A stretch of DNA of 64,000 nt from an uncultured Spirochaetota bacterium (GTDB lineage Bacteria > Spirochaetota > Brevinematia > Brevinematales > JAOACQ01), in NCBI GenBank assembly GCA_963768055.1, contig CAVYGN010000002.1:1728001-1792000 (forward strand), written 5' to 3'. The notes beneath the pieces were generated by a model that was not told the origin of the DNA, made no database searches, and saw only the letters and a program-made list of their open reading frames with translations. Every line of letters begins with the position of its first letter. Positions within the stretch are counted from its first letter, which is position 1. Positions 52,476 to 62,460 of the stretch are shown in pieces. Both the position numbers and the translations under genes were made by a program.

Positions 52476-55439
52476 ATGATGACAGTGATAAAATGCGTGC
52501 CGTATATTTGTTCATTTATCATACATGCAATGTTATTCGCCCTGCTTTATAATTCTTTTACAGGCGGAATTGGGCGGGAACAAAGCGGTAATGACATTAA
52601 GATCAGCAGGAAAGAAGCAGGGATGTTTAAACAAATATCACAGCCTAACAGTGCTTGTAGCGACGAACAAAAGAACAAAATTGAAAACGAATATAATAAA
52701 AAATACAGGGATGCTTACAGCAAAATAAACGATATAATGAAAGAAAACGGATCCAATACTAATTTCCGCATCGATGACTTTGTCAACGATATCAATAAAA
52801 GCCAGAAAACGATCGACTCGCAGTTCTCGGAATATACCAGGAAAATGATAGATGAAGATATTACGAACGGCATTTTGAAAAATACTTCAGAATATATAAA
52901 GAAAATGATAAACGAAGATATAAAAAGGGATTTAATGGCTTTGAAAGATAAAAGTAAAAACAACAAAAATTCCGACCGCTCTAAATCATTCAGGGAGCTT
53001 GCCGAAATCAACAGGGAGGCCGTCAATGCAACATTGAAAAAGTTTGACGAGTCCCTTTTGAATAAATACAAAGAAAAACTCGAAGCCGATATAAAGCAAA
53101 AATATTCCGGGATATCCCTTTTACCTGAAAACAGGAAAGAATTGAAAAAAATTATCGATGAAAGCGCCGAATACTTAAAATCGAAAATGTTAAAGGAAGT
53201 CGCGAAACTGGATATTTTTAAGGAAGAATTAAAAAACAACAATGAAAATAACATCCCCGATCTTAATACAAAAATCGGGAATGATATTGCAATTGAAAAT
53301 AATACGATTAATAAATTGGAAAAAATGATGGACCGCCTTGTGGAAAAAAGCGATGAACTTGATTCGAATCCGGATGGCAAGAATCTTGATGATTATAAAA
53401 AAGAATTGTCGGATATAAGAAATGAAATTAAAGGACAGCTGGGTGAGCTCCTGGATAAGGCTGATTCCCTTAGTTTAAAGGAAACCGCTCAAAGCATGAT
53501 GTCTGAAATAGATAAAAACGAGTTTAAAACTGCAAACAAGGACCAGTTGAAAGATGCATATAAAAAAAGTTTAGACGAAACAGTTGAAAATATTTCAATT
53601 CTTAATTTTATAGCCTCTCATTACAGCGATCAACCGGCCGCCTGGGAAGGGGTTTCAAACAATGATAGAAATCCGAAGCATGAAAATAATTTAAAAGATA
53701 AAACCGTGCTGGATAATAATCTTAAAAATAAGATCGATAAATCGGCTGAAATATCTGTCGATATAATCTCGAATTCCATTGAAAAAGAGATGAAAAAAAA
53801 TGTAAGTACTTACAACGCCCAATTCAGTTTAGATCAAGTTGAAAACAGCAGGACTTATGCTTTCGGGATTCACCCGGGGGATTATTATAAGGATGAAGAT
53901 TCAGTACGGAAAGACGATTCAAAGCCGGTAAATCAGACGATTGAAAACGGGACTCCGGGAGCATCCGGGTCTCCCATTTATGCCGACCTCAACAGGAAAG
54001 TAGAAAAATATGGGGATGGGGGCGGATTTAAAGAAATCGGTTTAGGGCCCGGGCACAATGACAAAAGGGAAGGCGATGAAAGGTTTACGAGAAAATTCAC
54101 TGCTGCTGATACCGGGATGGGTTTCAGGGTCAGGGACCTTATAGAATTCATGAAAAAATTCGGTAGCAGGTCCAGGGCATTAAATTTAAATTTCGAGTAT
54201 TCAGCGGCCCGTGGAGAAGCCACGGAGGCAACGCCGGTATCGTACAGCTACCCTAAATATGTATATATATCCGAAGAACAGAAATCGCAGATCGAAGAAT
54301 TAATGAAAAATAATGAGGATGAAAATAATAAAAAAGAAATGAGTTTATACAGCAGCTTCCCGGCTTACGCCCGTATCCCATATCAGCCCCATGAATTAAA
54401 GATCGACGGTGACCTCTCGGAGTGGGGCGAGCTCGATAACCCGGTACAGATGCAGTATGCTTCGGACAACGGCCATGATAAACTGACAAACGGCGTAAAA
54501 TTGTACATGCGCTGGAACGAATCCGGATTTTATTTTGCCTATAAGTCGGACAATACGAACAGGATAAATTTGCCCGACGAGATAGAAGACGATTATGACA
54601 GGGCGACCTATGACGTGACCCAGGACAAATGCGACGGCGACACGTTCGAATTCTGGATCGACCAGGCGGATAACCAGGAGCCGACTGCCTGGGAAAGCAC
54701 CTTTATAAGGCTTTTTACGTTCAGCCCCTTTGCCGCTCCCGGCCTTTATATCGATTATTTCCGCCAGTATGAGCATAGGCAGATAGAGGATAATTATCAT
54801 GTAAGGATCACGAACAGGCAGACTCCTACGGGTTATATAGTCGAGGCTTTTTTAAGCAAGGATGTCCTTCCGAAAAATGTGGCCCTTCATCCTAAAAAGC
54901 AGTTTGTATGCAACTTTTCAATAAACCAGGGATCAGATTGGGGCCCGTATTCGTCCCAGTGGTCTGCATCCAGGGCTATCGACAGCAGGGTCAGGCCTAA
55001 TACCTGGGGATGCATTGAGCTGATGGGTTATAAGCCTGAAATCGAGGTAAAGGATTATAACCAGGAGGGCCCTGGGGGGAAGGGGTCTGAATTTATATTC
55101 CCGGGCCAGGCTGTGAAAATTTATATAAAGGACCCTGAAAGGATATTCGATTCGAGCAGCCGCGAGATGATCCCCGCATATGTCGGGATCATAGGAAACG
55201 ATAATAAAAAAAAGATCAATCTTATTGAAACGGAGAAAGGTTCGGGTCTCTTTTATGCAAGCATAAATACAAAATCCTTTGAAAACTCGACAATGGCAGA
55301 CGCACTCCTTGTTAGGCCCGGCGATATTTTATTTGTAGAATACAGAAAATACAATGAATCTTCCACTGACGAGGCTTTCAATCAGAAATATTTCCTGTAC
55401 CTTCCGGTAGTAAATTCGTTTTATTCGACAATGAAATAA
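52476..55439 (+). CDS. Large membrane-anchored TonB/TolA-like protein: coiled coil, CBM9-like sugar-binding domain, Ig-like C-terminus
   Basis: N-terminal TM with S13-H17-L24-S27; long K/E/N-rich helical region; LKIDGDLSEWG...LYMRWNESGFYF; C-terminal LIETEKGSGLFYASI...GDILFVEY. Confidence 0.6.
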   Translation: MMTVIKCVPYICSFIIHAMLFALLYNSFTGGIGREQSGNDIKISRKEAGMFKQISQPNSACSDEQKNKIENEYNKKYRDAYSKINDIMKENGSNTNFRIDDFVNDINKSQKTIDSQFSEYTRKMIDEDITNGILKNTSEYIKKMINEDIKRDLMALKDKSKNNKNSDRSKSFRELAEINREAVNATLKKFDESLLNKYKEKLEADIKQKYSGISLLPENRKELKKIIDESAEYLKSKMLKEVAKLDIFKEELKNNNENNIPDLNTKIGNDIAIENNTINKLEKMMDRLVEKSDELDSNPDGKNLDDYKKELSDIRNEIKGQLGELLDKADSLSLKETAQSMMSEIDKNEFKTANKDQLKDAYKKSLDETVENISILNFIASHYSDQPAAWEGVSNNDRNPKHENNLKDKTVLDNNLKNKIDKSAEISVDIISNSIEKEMKKNVSTYNAQFSLDQVENSRTYAFGIHPGDYYKDEDSVRKDDSKPVNQTIENGTPGASGSPIYADLNRKVEKYGDGGGFKEIGLGPGHNDKREGDERFTRKFTAADTGMGFRVRDLIEFMKKFGSRSRALNLNFEYSAARGEATEATPVSYSYPKYVYISEEQKSQIEELMKNNEDENNKKEMSLYSSFPAYARIPYQPHELKIDGDLSEWGELDNPVQMQYASDNGHDKLTNGVKLYMRWNESGFYFAYKSDNTNRINLPDEIEDDYDRATYDVTQDKCDGDTFEFWIDQADNQEPTAWESTFIRLFTFSPFAAPGLYIDYFRQYEHRQIEDNYHVRITNRQTPTGYIVEAFLSKDVLPKNVALHPKKQFVCNFSINQGSDWGPYSSQWSASRAIDSRVRPNTWGCIELMGYKPEIEVKDYNQEGPGGKGSEFIFPGQAVKIYIKDPERIFDSSSREMIPAYVGIIGNDNKKKINLIETEKGSGLFYASINTKSFENSTMADALLVRPGDILFVEYRKYNESSTDEAFNQKYFLYLPVVNSFYSTMK

Positions 55440-55471
55440 AGGGCCGAAAGGTCCTGTAAAGGAGGAATTAT

Positions 55472-56107
55472 ATGAGCTATACCGAGATTTATTCGCCTGT
55501 TCTATACCCCATGTGGCTGATGTCGTTTATTCTGGTGGCTCTTGTTATCGACAGGCTCTGGTTCCTGAGGAAAAGAAGTATTTTCGACAAAAATATGATC
55601 AAAGACGTCCAGAAGCATGCGTTGCTTCTTGAGTTCGATAAGGCCCGGGAAAGGGCTGAAAGTTCCAAAAGCTTGCTGGGAAAGGCATGGAGCAAGGGCT
55701 TTCGGGAGTTTCTTAGCGGAGGGACAAATCTTATGGACGCTCTTTCCGAATCTACTTATTTAATGATGTCTCCTCTAAAAAGAAACATTACCGCGATCGG
55801 CACAGTTGCTTCGATAGCCCCTCTGTTCGGACTCCTCGGTACCCTCATCGGGCTCATAATAATCTTTTCACAGCTTGGGGGAGCCGGGGCCGATGAAAAA
55901 AAGCAGCTTGCCGTCGGAATAGGTCATGCCCTCTATTCTACTATCGGCGGACTTGCCGTAGCTATACCGGGAATAATATTTTACCGTTATTTTAAATCGA
56001 AGCTTTCCAGGTATTCGGAAAACGCGGAATACGAGATCGACCTGATCAAGCATAACTATATGATTTCAAAAAATATTAAAGCCGCTAAGTCAGAACAGGA
56101 AGGATAA
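55472..56107 (+). CDS. exbB: MotA/TolQ/ExbB proton-channel protein
   Basis: APLFGLLGTLIG, GIGHALYSTIGGLAVAIP. Confidence 0.88.
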   Translation: MSYTEIYSPVLYPMWLMSFILVALVIDRLWFLRKRSIFDKNMIKDVQKHALLLEFDKARERAESSKSLLGKAWSKGFREFLSGGTNLMDALSESTYLMMSPLKRNITAIGTVASIAPLFGLLGTLIGLIIIFSQLGGAGADEKKQLAVGIGHALYSTIGGLAVAIPGIIFYRYFKSKLSRYSENAEYEIDLIKHNYMISKNIKAAKSEQEG

Positions 56108-56111
56108 AGGT

Positions 56112-56552
56112 ATGAGAAGGATCATTAGTTTTGACGATGATGAAGAATTATTGAATCTCATCCCCCTTATAGACTGCCTGTTTATTCTGATTATATTCCT
56201 TGTAACCGCGCTGACTTTTAAAGAGCAGATATTCAAACCCGATGAAAAGAAAATGTACGGCATAGAACTGCCTCAATCAAAAAAGAATGAAACCATAAAT
56301 GTTGACGATCCCCTCATTATCTATGTCAAGTCGAACGGCGATTATTTTATCGAAGAAAAAAAATACGATGAGGATTCCATCGACGCCTTTTTCACGCTGA
56401 AGGGAAAAAGTGAAAACAAGGTCGTTATATATGGGGATAAAAAATGCCCGTATGAAAAGATCGTCTATCTAACCGAAATTGCGAGATCTCATGGGATCAA
56501 TTACATAGCCTTTTATGTTATGGAGAAAACGGCCCAGGAAGCTGTAAATTGA
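56112..56552 (+). CDS. exbD: ExbD/TolR protein
   Basis: LNLIPLIDCLFILIIF (conserved Asp), IELP, IYGDKKCPY. Confidence 0.88.
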   Translation: MRRIISFDDDEELLNLIPLIDCLFILIIFLVTALTFKEQIFKPDEKKMYGIELPQSKKNETINVDDPLIIYVKSNGDYFIEEKKYDEDSIDAFFTLKGKSENKVVIYGDKKCPYEKIVYLTEIARSHGINYIAFYVMEKTAQEAVN

Positions 56553-57469
56553 ATTGCGGGCCGGCGGTATGTTTTGACGACGTATCGTGCAAAATCTCCA
56601 GGAATACCGTGCTCAGCCATATAAATCTCAATATTAGTTATGGCAGCATTCAAGGCATTCTGGGCCCGAACGGCGCCGGTAAAACAACCCTTCTATCTAT
56701 AGTACTGGGCTTAAGGCGCCATACCGGAGGAAGAGCAACCGTATTGGGTGAAAAACTGCCCGGGGGAGGAAACGGTTTACTGAGGCGGATTGGAGCGGTT
56801 CTTCAGGAAACCGCTCTCTATGAAGAACTGACAGCCTATGAGAACCTTCTTTTTTCCGCTTCTCTTTACGGAATTTCCAATCCTAAAAAGAGAATTTTAG
56901 AGGTCCAGGAACTTCTTGGACTTTCTGATTGGTCCGGTAAAACCGTAAACGCTCTTTCCGGAGGCATCCGGCGCAGAGTCGCCATAGCCAGGTCGCTTCT
57001 GCATAAACCCGATTTGCTAGTGATTGATGAACCTACGCTGGGTGTAGACGCCGAAGCAAGGCATGACATCTGGTCTCATTTGAGACTGTTAAGAAAAGAG
57101 GGAACAACGATACTGGCGGCCACAAATTATATCGATGAAGCCCTGGCAATATGCGATATAGTTTCGGTCATAAGGTCGGGCTCTCTTATTGTTACTGAAA
57201 AACCCGGAATATTAATCGAACGTGCAGGGCGTTGCCTTGATATAGAATGTAAAGCGGAGAATTCCGCGGAAATAATGTCATTGCTTGAAAAAACCGAAGG
57301 GATTGTTCGGATGGAAAAGACGCCTATCGGTTTGACGATATTTATGAACGGCATTTCAAAGCCGGAAAAGCTTATCATGGATGTTATGAATTCAGTTAAA
57401 ATAAACTCCTTTCGAATCAGGCCACCGGATCTTGCTGAGGTTTTCAGCGCGCTGGAAAGCAATTTATGA
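56549..57469 (+). CDS. ABC-2 exporter ATP-binding subunit
   Basis: GPNGAGKTT, LSGG, IDEPTLGVD. Confidence 0.93.
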   Translation: MNCGPAVCFDDVSCKISRNTVLSHINLNISYGSIQGILGPNGAGKTTLLSIVLGLRRHTGGRATVLGEKLPGGGNGLLRRIGAVLQETALYEELTAYENLLFSASLYGISNPKKRILEVQELLGLSDWSGKTVNALSGGIRRRVAIARSLLHKPDLLVIDEPTLGVDAEARHDIWSHLRLLRKEGTTILAATNYIDEALAICDIVSVIRSGSLIVTEKPGILIERAGRCLDIECKAENSAEIMSLLEKTEGIVRMEKTPIGLTIFMNGISKPEKLIMDVMNSVKINSFRIRPPDLAEVFSALESNL

Positions 57470-58572
57470 AGATTATGTTAAACGCACTTCTTGGCGCCCT
57501 TCGGGCCGAGATTGCTCAAATGGGGCGTTCGAAGCTTCTCCTGGTATTGACCGCCATGCAATCTGTGATTTTTATATTGCTTTTGAGTATCTTCGGACTT
57601 ACCGGGAGCAGGGCCCCTACGGCGGTGGTCGATAAGGACGGCGGAAAGTATTCCGGGGCTTTTATCGATTGCCTGAAAAGGGCCCATAATTCTTTTTCAA
57701 TAAGATTAATGGATGAGAAAACGGCCGAAGCGGAAGTATCACGAGGGGATCTGGTATCGATGATAAAGATACCCCGTGATTTTTCACAAGAGATCGCGTT
57801 GTACAAAAATGTATTTATCGATGTCACTATTGATAATGTCGACGTTGATATGACGGAGGATATTCAGAGGGCGATACCCTCTGCAATAGTTAAATTTTCG
57901 GACACAGTCAAACTTCCCGGGATAAGGGTCAGGGTCAGTGAAGATGATTTAATAGATCATGACACTGATTTTATCCCTTATCTTGCCGTCAGTGCGCTGG
58001 CGCTGGCTGCGTTTGTCGTAGCCGGAATTTTGGGCGCCTCTGCGGTTTCACGCGAATTCGAGGCCGGGACAATAAAACTTCTTAAGTTAGCGCCTGTTCC
58101 GCCGCTTGTAACAATAATCGGCCGTATAATCGCCGCCGGCCTTTACTCTTTAACCGTACTGATTATTAGTGTGGGTGTAATTGTCATAGGGTACGGCATC
58201 AAACCAGCACATCCCGTCGAACTATCATTTGCACTTGTAATCTGCGTTATTATTTTCGGATGCGCAGGCGCAGCTCTGGGAGCTGTTTTCAAACGGACGC
58301 TTACGTCCGCTTCTCTTATTTTCGGGCTTGCTCTTCCGTTTTATATTGACAGCGGAGCTCTGGAACCAGAACGTTTTGACGGCAACGCCATCTGGGCGCT
58401 GGCCCATTTATCGCCGGTTTATTATGCGGTAGGAATTCTGGAACATGCCTTTCATGGTTTCCTGGTGACGCCGGAGTCTGTTTTTGTCGATTTTATCGCT
58501 CTCGGCATATGGGCAATCGTCTTGCTCATTATCACGGCAAAGATCATGAAAAGGAAAATATTATTATGGTAA
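57466..58572 (+). CDS. ABC-2 exporter permease
   Basis: TM, extracytoplasmic loop, multi-TM; SREFEAGTI. Confidence 0.88.
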   Translation: MKIMLNALLGALRAEIAQMGRSKLLLVLTAMQSVIFILLLSIFGLTGSRAPTAVVDKDGGKYSGAFIDCLKRAHNSFSIRLMDEKTAEAEVSRGDLVSMIKIPRDFSQEIALYKNVFIDVTIDNVDVDMTEDIQRAIPSAIVKFSDTVKLPGIRVRVSEDDLIDHDTDFIPYLAVSALALAAFVVAGILGASAVSREFEAGTIKLLKLAPVPPLVTIIGRIIAAGLYSLTVLIISVGVIVIGYGIKPAHPVELSFALVICVIIFGCAGAALGAVFKRTLTSASLIFGLALPFYIDSGALEPERFDGNAIWALAHLSPVYYAVGILEHAFHGFLVTPESVFVDFIALGIWAIVLLIITAKIMKRKILLW

Positions 58573-59696
58573 GAGGAATATGGATTATTTCCATTCTTGA
58601 CCTTCGGATCTGGATGAGAATGCCCCTGGCAATAGTCAGCGCCCTTGTTCCTCCATTCGGGATGGTACTTCTCCTGATTGTGTTAGCCCTGTCGGTAGGA
58701 AAACAGCCTGTCGCTCTTGTGGTTTCTTCCAGCGGTCCTTTTGCCCGGAGGATGGCTAAAATTATTGAAAAAGACACCGAGGCTTATCTTCTTGCCGTAA
58801 CGGACACAATAAGCGCGTCAAAAATGCTTGCGGGCCAGGAAGTCGCGGCTGTGATAACGATTCCGCTCGATTTCGATTCCACGCTGGCCAGTGGAAGCGC
58901 AAGGGTCAATCTGAAAATAAACAATATCGATATTGATTTTTCCGATGACATAAGGCGCTCAGTAGACCGTTCTGTCGCTCAGTTTGACGCTCCAGGACTT
59001 GGCTTAGGTGAAAACGAAAATGAAAATGAAAATATAGATATGCCGAATCCTTATCTAATTCATGTCGCTGAAGATAATCTCAGGACAACTAATGTCGATT
59101 TTTTAAGATACCAGGTTATACCCGCCCTGGTGCTCCTCGTCCTAAGCATAGGGCTGACGGGGACAGCTCTTATGTGCGCTCTGGACAGGGAAAGGGGTAC
59201 CGGCCGTTATCTTATTATTGCGCCAGCCTCATCGTGGTCCTTTATTTCAGGAAGGATATTGGGAGGATTATTAGCGGCTATGGCCGTCCTTGTACCTTCG
59301 GTTGCGGTTTGCATCCTGACCGGCATTGTATCTGTTCCTATGGGACACTGGCCGGCCCTGGTCTTTCTTTTTTTAGCGACAGGTCTGTGCTCTTCCGGAT
59401 TGGGAACGCTCGTCGGCAGCCTGTTGAATGGTTCGCGCCTTGCCGCAATGGCATCATCGACAATAGCAACTTTCATGTTCTTCCTTGGCGGCGGGTTTAC
59501 AACGATTGCTTTTCTGCCGAACTGGCTGAGAAATTTAAGCTCATTTATACCTTTCCGTTACTCGATTGAAGGATTGAGGCAGATCCTGTTCTACCCGGGT
59601 CTTGAAGGGGTTGCATTGGACCTGGCTGTACTAGCCGGAAGCGCCCTCCTGTCAGTATTCGCCGGAGCAGTTCTTTTTCGAAGGTCGATTTTTTAA
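58566..59696 (+). CDS. ABC-2 exporter permease
   Basis: Same layout as the preceding permease; DRERGT, LPNWLRNLSSFIPFRY; probable ATG 58566. Confidence 0.88.
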   Translation: MVRGIWIISILDLRIWMRMPLAIVSALVPPFGMVLLLIVLALSVGKQPVALVVSSSGPFARRMAKIIEKDTEAYLLAVTDTISASKMLAGQEVAAVITIPLDFDSTLASGSARVNLKINNIDIDFSDDIRRSVDRSVAQFDAPGLGLGENENENENIDMPNPYLIHVAEDNLRTTNVDFLRYQVIPALVLLVLSIGLTGTALMCALDRERGTGRYLIIAPASSWSFISGRILGGLLAAMAVLVPSVAVCILTGIVSVPMGHWPALVFLFLATGLCSSGLGTLVGSLLNGSRLAAMASSTIATFMFFLGGGFTTIAFLPNWLRNLSSFIPFRYSIEGLRQILFYPGLEGVALDLAVLAGSALLSVFAGAVLFRRSIF

Positions 59697-59705
59697 ATAA
59701 TCCTC

Positions 59706-59752
59706 TTGACAAAATAGATATATCATGATATTATATATCATATCGATATATA
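59706..59752 (+). promoter_or_regulatory. Promoter and probable PadR autoregulatory operator
   Basis: TTGACA (59706), 17 bp spacer, extended -10 TGnTATTAT; perfect IR TATATATC-N5-GATATATA (59732-59752). Confidence 0.7.
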
Positions 59753-59762
59753 AAGGACTGAT

Positions 59763-60299
59763 ATGTTAATTCCATGTATCCTTGGTTTTTTAAACATTAT
59801 GCCGATGACGGGCTACGAGATCAAAGCCTTTATGGAAAACAGCACCCGCTATTTCATGTTCGCAAGTTTCGGAAGCATATATCCCGCCCTGCGGAGGCTG
59901 GAGAAAATGAAACAGATCGAGTCTGCTCAAGAAATTTATAACGGCAGGCTTAAAATTATCTATTCAATTACCAAAGCGGGGAAAAAAGAATTTATGAAAT
60001 GGCTTTCTTCCGTTTGGACCTTTGATAAAGGCATGGAGGAAATGCTTCTGCGTATTTTTTTTGCGGGTTTTCTTCCGAAGGAAGAAATCAAAAATAAATT
60101 TATGGAATTGAAGGAATCCATTGAAAAGAAGCGCCTTGAATTATGCGAACTTGAAAAAGATATGCCGGAAGATCATATAAATTCATTTGAGCATTCCACT
60201 CTCGTTTACGGCAAGGATTTTTATAATTTTACTAAAAACTGGATCGAGAAAAATATGAATAGCTTGAAAATGAGAGATAATAAAGGAGAGAGCATATGA
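59763..60299 (+). CDS. PadR-family transcriptional regulator
   Basis: MTGYEIK, ASFGSIYPALRRLE, YSITKAGK. Confidence 0.93.
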   Translation: MLIPCILGFLNIMPMTGYEIKAFMENSTRYFMFASFGSIYPALRRLEKMKQIESAQEIYNGRLKIIYSITKAGKKEFMKWLSSVWTFDKGMEEMLLRIFFAGFLPKEEIKNKFMELKESIEKKRLELCELEKDMPEDHINSFEHSTLVYGKDFYNFTKNWIEKNMNSLKMRDNKGESI

Positions 60300-60856
60300 A
60301 AGCCGTCATTATATCCGACAAAGATTTCCAGACTGAGCTTTATATGAAACTGGAAGGGCAGGTTACAAGTTTTTTAAAAAGCAGGGGTTTTGAAACAGAA
60401 ATAATAAAAATCGGCAGGGCTGAGCTCAAGTTTTGCATGGGCTGCTTCGGCTGCTGGGTTAAAAAACCGGGAGAATGTATCATTAACGATATGATGGGCC
60501 GGATTAACCGCAGTTTCGTTAATAGCGATGCAGTTCTGTATCTCAGTCCTCTGGTATTCGGCCAGTTTAGCGCGAATATTAAAAACGCTATAGATAGATG
60601 GCTTCCGAATATGCGGCCTTTTTTCATTACAAGGCCCGACCGTTCGACTATTCATCCGGCAAGATACAAATTAAACCCGAAAGTTATTATGATAGGTTAT
60701 GGCGAGAATCTTTCAGATGAAGACGAACAGCTTTTCAGCGACATTTCAAAAAAGCACAGGAGCAATGTCGAAGTCCTGATCTATAAAAATCCGTTTAATA
60801 ACATTACTGAAGAATTGAACGGCATAAAACTTGAAAAAACCGGGGGATATTTATGA
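60296..60856 (+). CDS. Iron-sulfur flavoprotein / flavodoxin-family protein
   Basis: CMGCFGCWVKKPGEC, SPLVFG, KNAIDR. Confidence 0.85.
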   Translation: MKAVIISDKDFQTELYMKLEGQVTSFLKSRGFETEIIKIGRAELKFCMGCFGCWVKKPGECIINDMMGRINRSFVNSDAVLYLSPLVFGQFSANIKNAIDRWLPNMRPFFITRPDRSTIHPARYKLNPKVIMIGYGENLSDEDEQLFSDISKKHRSNVEVLIYKNPFNNITEELNGIKLEKTGGYL

Positions 60857-61527
60857 AAAAAATAGTTTTACTCGAAGCCAGCCCTAAAGTCAATGAAGAA
60901 TCCGTCTCAAAATTTCTTATTGAGATGGCGGGTAAATATATTGATGATTCAAGCGCGGAGAAGACTTTTATAAGCGTCAGGGAAAGTTTGTCAAAGAACA
61001 CTTTGGACGAAGACTTTGAGTCTATTTTAAAAGCCGATGCTTTGATCATTGTTTTTCCGCTTTATATTTTTTGCATGCCCGGAATTTTAACGCGTTATTT
61101 ACAGGATTATTATCAGTTTTTTATTGAACATGGCGGATTTTCAAACAGAACAAGGGTATATTCAATTGTCAACTGCGGATTCCCGGAACCCGAAATAAAC
61201 CTTGAGGCGGTAAGGGTGATCAGAAGCTTCAGTCAGCATATCAACGCCCTTTTCCGTTTCGGTATAATGATAGGCGGCGGGGGGATGCTGCTTGGGCAGA
61301 TCGATGCGCCGTTTATGAAAGCGACAAGAGAAAAGCTTATCGACGGCTTTTCGAGAATATCGAAAGATATTCAAACCGATAATATTGAAAATATGGAGAA
61401 TATTCAAATTAAAATGAATTTTCCACGATGGCTTTACTTTTTTATGGGCGATTGGGAGTGGTTCGGGCTGGCTCACAAGAACGGGCTGCGCAGGAAAGAC
61501 CTATATAGAAAACCGTATTTAACATAA
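60853..61527 (+). CDS. NAD(P)H-dependent flavodoxin-like oxidoreductase
   Basis: ASPK, FPLYIFCMP, VNCGFPE. Confidence 0.8.
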   Translation: MKKIVLLEASPKVNEESVSKFLIEMAGKYIDDSSAEKTFISVRESLSKNTLDEDFESILKADALIIVFPLYIFCMPGILTRYLQDYYQFFIEHGGFSNRTRVYSIVNCGFPEPEINLEAVRVIRSFSQHINALFRFGIMIGGGGMLLGQIDAPFMKATREKLIDGFSRISKDIQTDNIENMENIQIKMNFPRWLYFFMGDWEWFGLAHKNGLRRKDLYRKPYLT

Positions 61528-61547
61528 AATCTCATTTTTTCTAAGAG

Positions 61548-61859
61548 ATGACGATGGATAAGCAATATTCGCTTTACATACTCCGCTGCAGCGATAATAC
61601 ATATTATACAGGAATGACTTCATGCCTGGAAAAAAGGATTGAAAGGCATAACTCGACGGGAAAAAATACCTGGTCTAAATACACCAGGCAGCGCCGGCCT
61701 GTGGAATTGGTGTTTTCTATAAATGGGATATCAAGCATAAGAGCCGCGTATTTAGGAGAAAACTATATAAAGTCGTTAAAGAGGCCAAGAAAGGAATTGC
61801 TGATAAACGGGGATGAAAAAGCAATCTGTTTATTGAATGAAGTTATAAAAGAGGGTTGA
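61548..61859 (+). CDS. Small GIY-YIG nuclease (UPF0213-like)
   Basis: LYILRCSDNTYYTG, RIERHN, KYTRQRRPVELV, ENYIK. Confidence 0.88.
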   Translation: MTMDKQYSLYILRCSDNTYYTGMTSCLEKRIERHNSTGKNTWSKYTRQRRPVELVFSINGISSIRAAYLGENYIKSLKRPRKELLINGDEKAICLLNEVIKEG

Positions 61860-61868
61860 AAAAAGTTT

Positions 61869-62299
61869 ATGAAATTAACAGAAAATTGCTACGCGGTAAC
61901 AGGCCTGTATTATGAAACTCCCTGGAATGTAAATGCAGGCTTCATTGTCGGCGGAAAAAAGACTTTGGTAATAGATTCCGGCAGCAATGCAATTTCGGCT
62001 CAAACTGTTTACGGTTACGCGAATATCGCCGGGCCTGGAAACGAGTTAGTCCTAATAAACACTGAAAGGCAGGCGACTGCATCCTGCCCGATTATATCCC
62101 CAATCTTGAAGAGGGAAATATTACCGATTGGCGGACATGGCTAGAATCTCTTGACAGAATTAATAATCTGGATATAGAGATAATTGTTCCGGGTCATGGC
62201 AATATCGTATCGGGAAAAGAAAATATCAAATTTGAAATTAAAAGAATAAAAGATATTATTTATACCGCGGTTAAAAATAATAAGGCTCCGACAATCTAA
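61869..62299 (+). pseudogene. Metallo-beta-lactamase-fold hydrolase with internal deletion and frameshift
   Basis: One frame reads NAGFIVG...VIDSG...LINTER. At AGGCAGGC (~62067-62074) another frame continues AGDC...WLESL...IVPGHG to TAA at 62299. The HxHxDH-type motif is missing. Confidence 0.8.
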
Positions 62300-62460
62300 T
62301 AAATGAACGGATTAGATTCACACGGAGTCACGGTGCGGGAGTCGAAATGACGAGAGACAAAGCCCTCTGTGTCTCTGTTTCTGTGTAAAAATTCTTAGTG
62401 ACTTTTGCTGTGAGATATAATCTCTTCTATAATTTAGTTAAGAATATGTCTATTTCCATC

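Noticed and set aside
55440..55455. Small GAAA-loop hairpin before exbB
   Set aside because: 6 bp stem with no U-tract; too weak to call a terminator.
59010..59033. (GAAAAY)x4 microsatellite encoding ENENENEN
   Set aside because: In-frame 6 bp unit in a loop; cannot cause phase variation by frameshift.
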